Shown one piece after another: positions 40,951 through 54,444 of a stretch of 64,000 nt of DNA. Source of the stretch: Octopus vulgaris (lineage: Eukaryota); NCBI GenBank assembly GCA_951406725.2, contig OX597822.1, forward strand, positions 77,314,001 to 77,378,000, read 5' to 3'. Within the stretch, counting starts at the first letter, position 1; every line of letters starts with the position of its first letter. Under the pieces are notes generated by a model that was not told where the DNA came from, did no database searches, and saw nothing but the letters and a program-made list of their open reading frames with translations. The position numbers were made by a program, and so were the translations under genes.

Positions 40951-41781
40951 TTTTTTTTGTTTATTTCTCTATTCTTAATTTTTTTTTTTTTTCTTTCTCA
41001 AATATCAGCTTCATGGCCATCCTGCAGAACTTGGAAGTTCATACAGGTGCACAAATAGCTATGTGGTGAGAAATTTGTTTCACTACCATGTTGTTTCAAA
41101 TTCAGTCCTACTATTTGGCACCTTGGGCAAGCATCTTCTGTTATATCCTTTGGCTAATCAAAGCCAGGTAGGTGAATTTGGTTAATGGAAACTGAAAGAA
41201 GCCCATCATATATATCATCGTCATCATTTATTATCCACCTTCCATGCTGAGCTAGTCAGGCAGAAGTCTGCATCAGACTTCTGTGACTGTTTTGGCAGAA
41301 TTTTTACAGCTGGCTGCTCTTCCTAACTTAGCAGAGTGAATTTAATGCTTTTTATGTTGCACAAGCACAGGTGAGGTCAGTTTTGGCAAGGTTTTTACAG
41401 CTGGATGCCCTAAACTCTGACCCATGCAAGTATAGAAAAATGAACATTAAAGGTGATGATGGTGTATTGACATAACAATGTACATAATTCTGCAGGAAGT
41501 AATGGGTCTAGCCTCATATAAGCATGGAATCCTTGCAATTGGAATTTTTTTTATTGTTGTTGGTATTGCAGTTCCTATATTTGGATGTGAAGGCTGTCTT
41601 GCTTCCATGCGTTTATAAGATTGATTTTATTTCTGTGAATGATTCATTTTATGACTGTCTAAGTTGGTAGTGCTCAACTTTTATAATATCCAGGCCAAAT
41701 CCAAAACTAGAATGTTTCTTTTTTGTGGGGTGGGGCTGCACCAAAAAAAGTAAAACAAGTCAGTTAAAGAAAAATTTATAT

Positions 41782-41853
41782 TCATATGTGGTCTAGTTTG
41801 TAGGATTCCTGGCTTTCACCCAGGTAGCCCAAGTTTGATTCCTGGCATGGGAA
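41782..41853 (+). pseudogene. tRNA-Glu(TTC) pseudogene
   Basis: TGGTCTAG..TAGGATTCCTGGCTTTCACCCAGG..CCCAAGTTTGATTCCTGGCATGGGAA aligns to metazoan tRNA-Glu. The anticodon stem is intact, but the D loop, T loop and acceptor stem are damaged, largely by CpG-type transitions. Confidence 0.8.
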
Positions 41854-42547
41854 CGCATATCTTATAGGCACAGGCGTGGCTGTGTGGTAAGTTGCTTGCT
41901 TACCAACCACATGATTCCGGGTTCAGTTCCACTGCGTGGCACCTTGGGCAAGTGTCTTCTACTAAAGCCTCAGGCTGACCAAAGCCTTGTGAGTGGATTT
42001 GGCAGACAGAAACTGAAAGAAGCCCATTGTATAAATGTAAATGTATATATGTGTGTGTGTGTGTGTATATATGTTTGTGTGTCTGTGCTTGTTCCTCCTA
42101 CATCGATTGACAACTGATGCTGGTGTGTTTACATCCCCGTAACTTAGCAGTTTGGCATAAGAGACCAATAGAATAAGTACTAGGCTTACAAAGAATAAGT
42201 CTTGGGGTCAATTTGTTTGACTAAAGGCGGTGCTCCAGCATGGCCGCAGTCAAACGGCAGAAACAAATAAAAGAATAAAAAAAATAAAAGCCTTCATAGA
42301 GAGAAGACCATTGGGGGCTGCTGGAAGGAAGCTTGAGGGCTGTGTGCCTCCCCAGGAGCAGCAGTTGAGAACCACTGATCTAGACTTTATTCATTTACCA
42401 ATAAATTTTAAGAATTAAAGAATATCAACAGCATGAGATAATAGTTGCAAAGGAACTGTAACAGATCCCACATGTACTTAATCTTGTGTTCTTACTTAGT
42501 TTGTTTGGATTTAGTATGTCATTCACACTGTTAAATTACAAAGTTCT

Positions 42548-42591
<44 letters not shown>

Positions 42592-42749
42592 GTTATTATT
42601 ATTTGATAATAATAACTAACTTACAATGGTGTCATTTTGAAATTTACTGTCTTGCAAAAGAATACATAAGGTAAAATTGAAATTGTTCAGATCTCACCTT
42701 GCATTTGGGAGTATAATTTAGATTGTATTAGAAATATATAAACATCAAT

Positions 42750-43209
42750 GGAATTTGTATCTTTGTGGTACCAGTGCCGGTGGCACACAAGAAAACCATC
42801 CGAACGTGGCCGTAGCCAGTACCACATCGACTGGCCTCCGTGCAGTGGGCACGTAACAAACACCATCCGATCGTGGCCGTTCACCAGCCTCATCTGGCAC
42901 CTGTGTCGGTGGCACATAAAAACACCATCCGAGCGTGGCCGTCTGCCAGCCTCGTCTGGCACCTGTATCGGTGGCACATAAAAAACACCATCCGAGCGTG
43001 GCCGTTCGCCAGCCTCGTCTGGCACCTGTGTCGGTGGCACATAAAATCACCCACTACACTCTCGGAGTGGTTGGCGTTAGGAAGGGCATCCAGCCGTAGA
43101 AACACTGCCAGATCTGACTGGGCCTGATGAAGCCTTCAAGCTTCACAGACCCCAGTTGAACCGTCCAACCCATGCTAGCATAGAAAACGGACGCTAAATG
43201 ATGATGATG
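42750..43209 (+). mobile_element. RTE 3'-UTR/tail copy with five ~62 bp tandem units
   Basis: Same tail as 7970-8310. Other tail copies at ~17560-17957, 22467-22830(-), 29455-29750(-), 32810-33110(-), 34610-34972, 36770-37142, 43700-44150, 46890-47150(-) and 47965-48165(-). Confidence 0.85.
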
Positions 43210-43254
43210 AGTTTCAGGCAAATTTCTTCTGCATCACCTGCTACACTTCCATGC

Positions 43255-43309
<55 letters not shown>

Positions 43310-44993
43310 CATTATTACTATTATTATTGTTGTTGTTGTTGTTGTACCTGTGTGTGTGCACGTGCGCTCTTGTGTGTGTCTGTAGCACAATACATTCGGT
43401 GCCAGACTGGTATACTGCTAAAAATGTATTGGATAATAATTCTATTTCTTACATGAAAGATAAATTTCCAAGAGTAATCCAATAATGTTCTTTTAAACCG
43501 AACATACCTTCATTAAGAACAGTTTCTGACTACATTCTCCATCTGGAAACACCAGGTATGCCATTATTTTATATCGCCTGTATCAAGCAGAATACAGGAT
43601 CTTTTTATATAACACTTGTTACAATGTGCTTCAAATTCTTATTTGATTGTACCTTTTCCACCTTGTCCCAAATCATTTGACTAATACTCCACTAATACTC
43701 CGTGACGGTGGCACGTAAAATACACCAATCCGACCGTACGACAGGCACCCATGCCAACCCCCTTTGCTTGCGAAGACATGTTGGGGCAAGTGAAATCGAA
43801 TTGAACCAGCCAGGATCCCTGGTCTGGTGGTACGTAAAAAGCACTATCCGACTCGTGGCCGATGCCAGCACCGCCTCGACTGGCTTCCGTGCCGGTGGCA
43901 CATAAAATACACCAATCCGACCGTGGCCGTTGCCAGCCTCGCCTGGCACCTGTGCAGGTGGCACGTAAAAAGCACCCACTACACTCACGGAGTGGTTGGC
44001 GTTAGGAAGGGCATCCAGCTGTAGAAACATTGCCAGATAAGACTGGAGCCTGGTGCAGCCTTCTGGCTTCCCAGATCCCCGGTCGAACCGTCCAACTCAT
44101 GCTAGCATGGAGAACGGACGTTAAACGATGATGATGATGATGATGATGATCTTCCCATCATTGTGTGGGCTCTTCTTGTGGGTTTTTAAAAATTTTTTTC
44201 CTGATTTCTTGTATATCATTTAGCTAAGATGCAAAGAGCCATGGAAAGATCCATGCTAGTGATATCACTGTGAGAGCATATCTGAAATGAGTTAGTATGA
44301 AAAAAGTAGACAAGTGGATAATGTGATTGAAGAATATTAGAATATGTACAAGTTCTAATGGGCCAGCTTGGAGGTGCAATGGCCCAGTGGTTAGGGCAGT
44401 GGACTCACGGTCATAGGATCGCGGTTTCGATTCTCAGACTAGGCATTGTAAGTGTTTATTAAGTGAAAACACCTAAAGCTCCACATGTCTCTTGCACGTG
44501 GAGCTTTAGGTGTTTTTTCTCACTCTTCCTTCCCGTTTCTGTTGTACCTGTATTTCAAAGGGCCAGCCTTGTCGCATTCTGTGTCATGCTGAATATGCCT
44601 GAGAGTTGCATTAAGGGTACACGTGTCTGTGGAGTGCTCAGCCACTTCCACATTAATTTCACGAGCAGGCTGTTTCATTAGTCAGATCAACTGGAACCCT
44701 CGTCGTCGTAACCGACGGAGTGTCATGATTAGGCCAGACATGTCACAAAGTTTGCAAACAACAGGTGGACCCATTTAGTAGCTGAGTTGTTAGCACACAC
44801 ACACATGCATCCACACAGTACACTCTGTAAAGTGATTGGTGTTAGGAAGGACATCCAGTCATAGAAACCATGCGAAAACAAACAGTTGAAGTCTGATGAA
44901 GCTCTCTGGCTTGCCAGCTCCTATCAACTCATATCAGCATGAAAACCGGATGCTAAATGATGATGACGACATGTAGTGAGAGACAGAAACAGT

Positions 44994-45040
<47 letters not shown>

Positions 45041-45654
45041 CTGTGTGTCTTCACATAGACGCTCTGAGCATTGATGCATCGTTCATGTCTCACATGATCA
45101 GTATGTTCTGTAGCCCAGCAATTTCATTTGAAGACCAATGGGGTGGGGCAGAAGAACTAACAGTACCTTACTTGCAAAACAAGCGCAGGTTTGCAGCAGG
45201 AAAGGCATCCAGCCATTGAATGTTGTCTCAGTACATCTCACCTAACACTTGCCAAGGTGGAAAAAGCAAATATAAAAGAACAATAGCAGAGTGTATCGAG
45301 GACCCCATAAGCCAACGTGCCCCTTGAGGGAGACTTGACTGCCATTTCTCTAGTTGGTTCATCAACTATTCTGAGCATCATCCAGTCGCGTGTGGAAAGA
45401 GAGAATGTAATATTCTAAGTTGGTGCAAGTGTATAAAGTTTTCCATCTACCTGTTATGTATATATAAGTGTGTTTCAGTGTGTATGTATCACATCTATGT
45501 GTATTTATCTATGAGTATGTGCATGTGTGTGTTCATATATGGCCAATTAATTTCCATGTTAATCCAACCCAACCCTTGTACAAAAGAAAAATCCCGGAAC
45601 TTATTAATTTAATTAACCACAATGAACTAATTTCTTTTCTTCATAAAGCTAACC

Positions 45655-46410
45655 CCATCACCACCACCACTACCACCATAGCCACCACCAACACCATCAC
45701 CCCCCCACCACCATCACACCCATCACCACCACCACGACTACTACTAGTACTTCCGAGACATTACTACAGCAACTAATCACCTTTTCCTCACCACCACCAC
45801 CACATGACCACAACCACAAAATCACCGCCAACACCATCACACCCACTACCACCACCACCACCGTAACTACTACAGCACTTCCGAGACATTGTTACAGCAA
45901 CTAATCACCTCTTCCTCACTACCACCATAACTTAAACCACCTCCACCATCACCACCACTTTTACTACTTTCTCTACCACTCTTGCTACCTCCACCTTAAC
46001 TATCATTGACTCCTCTTCCGCCATCATCAAGAGACCACAATCGAAACCACCTCCACCATCATTAATACTTTCACTGGTGCTATGACCTTGCTTTTATCCT
46101 CACAGCCACCACCACCACCACCACAACCGGCAAATCCACTATTAATATTGCTATCACTACTGCCACCATTACCACCACTATCACTATCATCACCACCACC
46201 ACCACCACCACCAGCAAATCCACTATTAATGTTTGCTATCACCACCACCATTGCCATCACTACTACTGCCACCACTATCACCATCACCACCATCATCACC
46301 AGCAAATCCACTATTAATATTGCTACCACCAGTACCATCGCCACCACCACTATCACTACCTCCACCATCACCACCTCCATCACCATCACCATCACCACCA
46401 TCACCACCAC
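45655..46410. repeat. (ACC)n-rich low-complexity tract with internal duplications
   Basis: CTTCCGAGACATT..CAGCAACTAATCACC occurs twice and GCAAATCCACTATTAAT three times. Confidence 0.8.
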
Positions 46411-47630
46411 CTTTCGTCCCTGTCACCCTCTCATTTCCCCATGCTGTTCTCGGTACTGAATTCTGTTTGATATTGTTTGGACAGTTAAAAGTCTTTCAAG
46501 TCTTAGAGAAACTGTCTTCATCACTTTCGGAATTGGTTAAATTGGTAAACTTAATTAATTCGACATTTATTTATTTATTTAAGGTTTGTTGGGAGTTTTT
46601 GCATTTTCTTTTTCTCTTTTGTTTTCCATTTCATGTTTATTTTTTTTATATAGAATTTGTTTAAATATATTTTTATTTATTTATTTGTAGGATCACTTCA
46701 ATTTTTTTTATTTATTTATCTATTCATTTGTTCTGGTCCATTGTCTTCATTTTCTGTCTGCCTTCCATTCTGTCACAGGTTGGATGAATTGTCACCATCC
46801 AAGTCAGTTCTTACTTGGAATTAATACTTGCCTAAATGTGTCTGAGGACATGTCGCACTTGTACTTTCCATTTGTTACATAGTTTCTTTATCGTCATCAT
46901 CATCACCATTTAGCATATGCTTTCCATGCTGGCATGGGTTGGACAGTTTGACCAAAGCTGGCAAGTTGGAGAGCTGCCTCAGGTTCTAGTCATGTGTTTG
47001 GGCCTGGATTCTATGGCGGGATGTCTTTCCTAATGCCAACCACATTACAGAGTGTTCTGGGTGCTTTTTATGTGGAACCAGCACCAGTGCATTTTACATG
47101 GCACCAACACTGACAGGGTCAACAAGTAACTTACGAGACAAAATCCCTCTCAACTGGGACAAGGGAGTTGTAGTGGCGATGGTGGTGGTGGTGGGGTGCT
47201 TTTATACCAGTTGATGAGAGATTAGAGATAATAGGGGGACAGAGGTTGGTGTTTTACTGTGGAGCAGATACTCTGGATGAAAAAGAAAAGGGGTGAGTTA
47301 GGGAGTAAGAAAGAGAGCAGGTGTGTCAGAAAGTAGGATAAGGAGAGCAATATTGAGAAAGATTGTGGTAAAGATGTGCCTGGGGTGACCCTTGAGGGAC
47401 ATTGGGTTGGGGAGTGGGGAAAATAGGTTGAGGTGATACAGAGAGGCATGTCAGTGTAAAGAGCTTTTTCTTCACTTTCTGCTTGTTTCTTCTCCCTCTT
47501 TTATTTCTTTCTTTTCATCTCATCATTCATATTTTTTATAGCTGCATGGTTATGAAGCTGCCTTCTCAACCCTATGGTAGTGGGTTCGATCCCACCATGT
47601 GTCACCTTGAGCAAGTGTCTTCTATTACAG

Positions 47631-47824
47631 CAATGCTTCTTAAACTTTTTTCATTCATGACCCCATTTTTCATCAACAGATTTTTTGTGACCCCAGGTTT
47701 TAAATATGTCTTTGTGAAATAACATATAAACTGAAATTCAAGTGTTTGAATTTAATTTTCACGACCCCAGGATTTTACTTTGCAACCCCAAATGGTGTCG
47801 TGACCCATAATTTATGAAGCACTG
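47631..47824. mobile_element. hAT-type MITE with 8 bp TSD
   Basis: TATTACAG|CAATGCTTCTTAAA ... TTTATGAAGCACTG|TATTATAG. Confidence 0.8.
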
Positions 47825-47825
47825 T

Positions 47826-48700
47826 ATTATAGCATTTGTCCTTCCGTTTCATAATCTTTATACCATCTGATTCTTCTTTACCAACTGTCTCACCTTATTA
47901 CAGTTTCTTGACAGTGATACTTTTAGGATTTCTATTTCTGTTACTTCTCAATATACCACATACGTCATCATCATCATCATCGTTGTTGTTTTAAGTCTAT
48001 TTTCCATGCTGGCATGGGTTGGACGGTTTGATTGAGGACTGGCAAGCCAGTAGGCTGCACCAGGTTCCAATCTGATCTAGCAAGATTTCTACAGCTGGAT
48101 GCCCTTCCTAACACCAACCACTCTGAGAGTATAGTGGGTGATTTTTATATGTGCCACTGGCACGGTGACATATGTTTGTTTTTCAAGGAGAAATCTTGTT
48201 GTTGCTACACAAGAATAAAGATTATCTATGAACAGCATGTGACCTTCTCTCAACCATTCTTTTATAAATGAAACAGTGATGAATTCAAAATGTATTAAAC
48301 CAGGACCTGTATCTTCTTTGCCTTTGTACAATATAAGCTTCCAGATATAGCCATCAATTGAACACAGTTTATAAAATTTCAGGTTATATAATTTTAGGTA
48401 TGTATTGCCACAAAATTGTTCCACCACGAAACAGCACTAGACTTACATCAATTACAACTTTTTCACCCGGAGTGAACTTCTCAGAATTTTCAGACATCAA
48501 TTTGATAAGTAGCCATAATTTGCACAAGCAATCAGTAACATCTGATTGACTGTTTGCAAGCATAATGCAGGAACCATAGAATTAATTCAAATTTATGTCT
48601 AGACATAGTATGCTGTATCAGTTTAACTCCATACATTTTGCTTTAGACCAATACCCTTCAAATGCTGGCTATTTGTTCAAATCCATCAAAGTTATAATTT
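47826..48700 (-). mobile_element. Decayed piggyBac transposase, interrupted by an RTE-tail insertion (47965-48165)
   Basis: Minus-strand motifs in order: MSRHKFELILWFLHY, FTPGEKVVIDVSLVLFRG, KFYKLCSIDGYIWKLILYKGK, GHMLFIDNLYS, then CGILRSNRNRNPK..KKL..GE..IKIMKRKDK. Confidence 0.9.
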
Positions 48701-49116
48701 CTAAGCGTGGGTGTGTTGTAAGAAGATTGCTTCCCAACCATATGGTTCCGTGTTCAGTCTCACTGTATAGCACATTGGATCAATGTCTTTCACTATAGCC
48801 TTGGGCTGACTAAAGCCTTGTGAGTGGATTCGGTAGATGGAAACTGAAAGAAGCCCATCATATATATATAGGCATATATTTATTTGTGTGTGTCTTTGTG
48901 TCCATGTTTTTTTCCCACCACCACCACTTGATAGCTGATGTTGGTGTGTTTACATCCCTGCAACTTAGCAGTTTGACAAAAGAAACTGATAGAATAAGTA
49001 CTAGGCTCAAAAAAGCCCTGGGGTTGATTCGTTCAACTAAAGCCTTTCAAGGCTGTGCCCCAGCATGGGCACAGTCAAATGACTGAAACGAGTAAAAAAT
49101 AAAAGATAAAAGATCT

Positions 49117-49200
49117 GCTGATATACCCTCCAGCCTTCATCAGGTGTCTTGGAGAAATTTCGAACCTGGGTTCTCATTCCTAAGGTATTTTTCGATGTTG

Positions 49201-49254
<54 letters not shown>

Positions 49255-49475
49255 TCGCTGCCTGGAATTGAACTCGGAATCTTGGGGTTAGTAGCCCCTA
49301 CGCCATATAACCTGAACAATAATAATAATAACAACATCGAAAAATACCTTAGGAATGAGAAACCAGGTTCGAAATTTCCCCAAGACACCTGATGAAGGCT
49401 GGAGGTTATATCAGCCGAAACGTTGTGTTTAACAACAAACAAGATGAGGACAAATATCCATCAATTGTAAATAAT
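49117..49475. mobile_element. Head-to-head inverted pair of a tRNA-headed, hammerhead-bearing short element
   Basis: A minus copy (49308 to 49117, head included) and a plus copy (49310-49475, headless) form a long palindrome. Homologous to 54319-54618. Confidence 0.85.
49383..49430 (+). ncRNA. Minimal type I hammerhead ribozyme motif
   Basis: AGACAC-CUGAUGA-A-GGCUG(GAGGUUAUAU)CAGCC-GAAAC-GUU-GUGUUU. Both core boxes are intact and helices I and II pair. Helix III is the loopless palindrome AACGUU. Confidence 0.7.
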
Positions 49476-50019
49476 TTTGTTGTCTGCTAAATCTTCAGAT
49501 GACGATGCTGCCTGATTCCAGTTGAACATTGATGCTTTCATTGTGCCTTAAAATATATAGTTTATTTTGATAAATTAAAATAAAACGGTACATGTGGAAT
49601 TGACCAGGTATTATACGAAAAATAAAAGATAGAAAGTAAAACTTATGAACCAAATGATTACCACCAAATGGCAAAATATGTCCAGTGCCAGATGTACTAC
49701 TGATGGACAAAGGCATCATAAGCCACTGGTGTTTCCTGTGGTGCTCCAAGATCATTTCATATCTGTTGTTGATCATTTGGCCATGGGTGGTACATGTTTT
49801 TTTGTTACATTGCTAGATAGTGCTTCTGAAGTTGAATACACTCACCTCCTTCTGTCACAGCATCTAAATAGCACATGGAATATGTGGTGTCACCAATAAG
49901 TTCCAGTTCCAGGCTGTGGAGGTTAACATGTTAGAGTGATGTTGACAATGGTGGTGCTAGTGGCAGTGGCTCCTCCTCTTTGTTTTTCATCTTCTGTTCT
50001 TCCTTCATCTTGACTGTCT

Positions 50020-50335
50020 CTCTTTTTAGCATCATTTCTTTCCCCCTTTTCGCATCCATTCTTTTCCCTTTTAACATCCAATTCTTTTCCTTTTTAGCAT
50101 CATTTCTCTCCCATTTTAGCATCCATTTCTTTCCCCTTTTTAGCATCCATTTCTTTCCCCTTTTTAGCATCCATTTCTTTCCCCTTTTTAGCATCCATTT
50201 CTTTCCCCTTTTTAGCATCCATTTCTTTTCCCCTTTTTAGCATCAATTTCTTTTCCCTTTTAACATCCAATTCTTTTCCTTTTTAGCATCCATTTCTTTT
50301 CCCCTTTTTAGCATCATTTCTTTCCCCTTTTAGCA
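50020..50335. repeat. 24 bp minisatellite (TTTTAGCATCCATTTCTTTCCCCT)
   Basis: Tandem copies, which generate the MLKRGKKW pseudo-ORF. Confidence 0.9.
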
Positions 50336-50478
50336 GTTGCTCAGGGCAACTTGGGATCTCAAAATGAAACCTATTTTCCCCTTAAGTTCTAATATTCATT
50401 TAGCACTGATTCATTTAACAGGGTCTTTTTTTCAAACCAAACACCTGTAATAAATGAGGTTAGATGTGATGTTAATAC

Positions 50479-50800
50479 CAGGGATGTTGAGTCAAAACAA
50501 AAAACTCTGACTCCTCTACTATTGGCACCAGACTCCTCTACTATTGGCACTTCTGACTCCTCTACTATTGATACCTCAGACTCTTCTATTATTGACACCT
50601 TCGACTCCTCTACTACTGGCACCTCCGACTCCTCTACTATTGATACCTCCAACTCTACTATTGGCACCTCCAACTCTACTATTGGCACCTCCAACTCTGA
50701 CATATAATTAAGTGATTGTGGTCTATTTTACCGACTCTGACTCCAGCTACCCCTTAAATGTTTCTGACTCTGACTCCATGACTCCAACTCCACAGCCCTG
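50479..50800. mobile_element. hAT-type MITE with 8 bp TSD and an internal 24/21 bp minisatellite
   Basis: GTTAATAC|CAGGGATGTTGAGTC ... AACTCCACAGCCCTG|GTTATTAC, with internal GACTCCTCTACTATTGGCACCTCC units. Confidence 0.8.
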
Positions 50801-51772
50801 GTTATTACAGGTTTTGGCGATGTTTAACCCCAGCTCTGATCTGGTCAGGTACATCTCTGGCAAATAATCACTTTTGATTCATCTTTGGTGGCTGTTGATT
50901 TATTTAATATATTTGATAAAACATGTGGCTGTATGAAAAAGCTAAAACCAATGACATCAATTTGTCTAAAACAGAATGCAGGACATTCCTGTTCATATTT
51001 TGAATTTCCGTATTCCTGCATTCTTTTCATTTTATATTTTGAATCCATGTAAGACGGACAATCCGTCGAAATATTGTTCAGTTCATTCAGTTCGGTAAAC
51101 AGAGTCAATCTCTATTTATTACAAATCACATCATGCTTTTCCTACTCTTTAATAATAATAATAATAAGAAGAAGAAGAATAAACATGATTTATTGTAATA
51201 TAAAGAAGGAAAAACTCTGGGAAACAAAGTGGTAAAATTTGGATTATATCTTTTATTTGAACAAATTTATATTTGTTTTTCAATTTCCCTATTAATAAGG
51301 CCATTTGACCAACGAATCCATTTCCAAAGTTAAACAAAATGTAATTATCATTGTAACACACACATATATATAATTGTATATATTGTTTAAATATACTCTC
51401 ACACATATGTATTCATATACATGTTTACATCAATCTGCATGTGTGTGTGTGTGTTTAGTTTTCCAGTTGTTTTTATTTTTACAATATTTTCTTTTAGTTA
51501 ATCTTACTTGAAAGAAACAAATGTGTCATGTTTTTTTTTTCTCAGTATCTCCAATATCTTCGAACGTTGTATAAAAATGTATGCAGCACATGTGTGTTTG
51601 TGTGTGTATGTGTACACATAGACATACACAAACACGCAATCATATATACACATTTTCTTTTCTCTGCATACGCATGGTTTCTACTGATTTCTGTGTGTGT
51701 ATGTGTGCGTGTTTATTTACATATACTTTTTTTAATATTTTATGTACACATATATATACATATATACATAAT

Positions 51773-51811
<39 letters not shown>

Positions 51812-51885
51812 TAGTTATAACTTCCATGCTCATACTCATAACATATATGCAAAAGAACATATATTTATTTGTGTGTGTATGTATA

Positions 51886-51938
<53 letters not shown>

Positions 51939-54318
51939 TTGTTTCAAATATTTCCAATTTTTTGTGTGTGTGAATGTTATGTTTTATTTCATATCAATTT
52001 TAGTACGTGTATATGTGTGTGTGTGTGTGTGTCCCACACTCACACATACATATATGTACACACACGCACATATGTATCAGAAGCTTATAGTATTTAAAAA
52101 TTTTTTCACTTTTATTATTTTATTTACAAGAATATATAAACACCCCCCATCAGTTTTGAAATCATTTTTGTATTAATATTTTTTAATCTTATTATTCTGA
52201 GTTGCCTCACCCTGATCTCAATGTCATTTCATAAAATAAACTTTTCTCTCATCTTGCTTTCAAATTTTTTTGTTTTTGTTATGATGAAAAGAGTAATATA
52301 TTTTTGTATACAGTATACATACAAACATTATTAAAAGTGATTTCAGTGAAATGGAGGGGGTGAAGTGACTGTTGGGTTTTCAGTTTTTCAAATATATAAA
52401 AAAAATTTCCTTTGGTTTTTTCAAAGTTTTTTTTACATAATCTTTTGTTTTTTAAAAAAAATTTTTTAATAATAGTCAAAAATATATGATGGAAGGCAAA
52501 CAGTTTACAAAACTGCTTATATAACCTTGTAGCATTATAAAACTAGCCAAATATGGCTGTCATATTATATAAAGCGTGTGTTGTTATAATACTAAAAAGA
52601 AAAAAGAAAGAAACATTGGTTAAGGTTGGAACACTGTTGATCATAGGCCTATTTAATCAAACACCAGATTTAGGGTTAAACAATAACAATTATAAACTAA
52701 AGATAAGTTTGAATATTTGAACTTGTAAAGGCTTTTCCCTACAGTTTGTGGTGGAGAAAAAATTCTTGCTTAAGATGAAAAGGTGTTAGAACACCGTAGT
52801 CAGATCAGAGCACCTGCTGTTGGACTGATGGCTGTATTTTGAACTTGTTAGTTCTCTTCAGAACCAGATACCAAGAGAGACAACTTTGAACTGGCTAGAA
52901 TAGATACATGAGTAGATGAAGAAAACAAAGACATAACATACAAGACCAATTTAAATATGCTTGAGAGGTATTTGAACCTGTAAAGGCTTTTCACTGCAGT
53001 TTGTCATGAAGGAAAATATTTTCACTTTTACATTTAGCCCAGAGTATTCTGTCTGGAACTGAGGGATGCAATTTGGACCCGTTACTTCTTACTGGTACCA
53101 AATAATAAGAGAGACAACACTGCATTGACTAGGATTATTGTATTTCTGATTTAGGCTCATGGCCTGAAATTTGGGAAAAGATTTATTTGATATCATTGAC
53201 CCCAGTATTTGACTGGTGCTTATTTTAGTTCAAAGGGCAGATTTGACTACAACAAAATTTGAACTCAGAATGTCAAGAACCAAGAAATGACAAGGAAGTT
53301 TTCCCCTCCACCACCTTCAGAAAATTTCTTTCAAACTTTAGCACAAGTCCAGTCGTTTTTGGAAAAGGGGCAGGTTGATTACATTGAGGGCCCCTCTTCT
53401 CCCAGTGTTCAACTGGTACTTATTTTATCAACCCTGAAAAAATGAAAGCTAAAGTTGACTTAGGCAGAATTTGATCTCAGAGTGTAAAGAGCTGGAAATC
53501 ACACTTCAGCAATTAATAGCTACAAGCACCTGCTGTATTTAACCATACTTGGACTGGATTACCCTGTTGTTGTTGTCACTGTTGCATATCCCTCTTAGTC
53601 AAACATTGATTGAACAAACTGAACATCAAAGCCATTCCAGCTATGACCATCCCAACATTTTGTAGAGCTATTGAGAATTAGATTATCCAATGTGTTCTTT
53701 CTTGTTTAAGATGGTGAGTGATTTGAAGAAGATGTGGTTGCTATTTCTAGCAGGTTGAGTTACCACACACACACACACACATTTATAAACATGCATGCAC
53801 TCACAATAATATTCACAACCTCTGTATTGTAGCATTCATGATGTACTTTACTGGATGTAGTCTTCATGGTTCTTTAAGAGACTCTGGAATATAAATATAC
53901 TTTTTCCATTCTTTTACTTACTTCAGTCATCAAACTGCTGACACACACAATGATAAATTTAACAGGTTTCTGTATAGTTTCCATCTACCAAATTCTCTCA
54001 CAAGGCATTAGTTGGCACAGGAGTTCTAGTACAAGACACTCAAAGTGCTACAGACACACAGACCCATACACAAATAGGAGTGGCTGTGTGGTAAGTAGCT
54101 TACTTACCAACCACATGGTTCTGGGTTCAGTCCCACTGCATGGCACCTTGGGCAAGGGTTTTCTACTATGGCCTTGGGCTGACCAAAGCCTTGTGAGTGG
54201 ATTTGGTAGATGGAAACTGAAAGAAGCCTGTCATATATGTGTGTGTGTGGGAGTGTGTATGTTTTTGTGTCTGTGTTGTCCACCCAACATCACTTGACAA
54301 CTGATGCTGGTGTATTTA

Positions 54319-54406
54319 CATTATTTACATTTGATGTATATATGGTGTAGTGGTTAAGATCGTGAGCTACTAATCCCAAGATTCCAAGTTCGATTCCAAG
54401 CAAATA

Positions 54407-54444
<38 letters not shown>

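Noticed and set aside
42770-43990. Repeat-spacer array resembling CRISPR or a pistol ribozyme
   Set aside because: The linkers are related to each other and belong to the RTE 3' UTR, and the downstream pistol helices and core are not evident.
49931-50707. MLKRGKKW and EESEVPIV repeat proteins
   Set aside because: 24 bp minisatellites; the second lies inside a TSD-flanked MITE.
50845-51108. 87 aa minus-strand ORF in unique sequence
   Set aside because: No recognisable motif or splice sites, and the length is compatible with chance.
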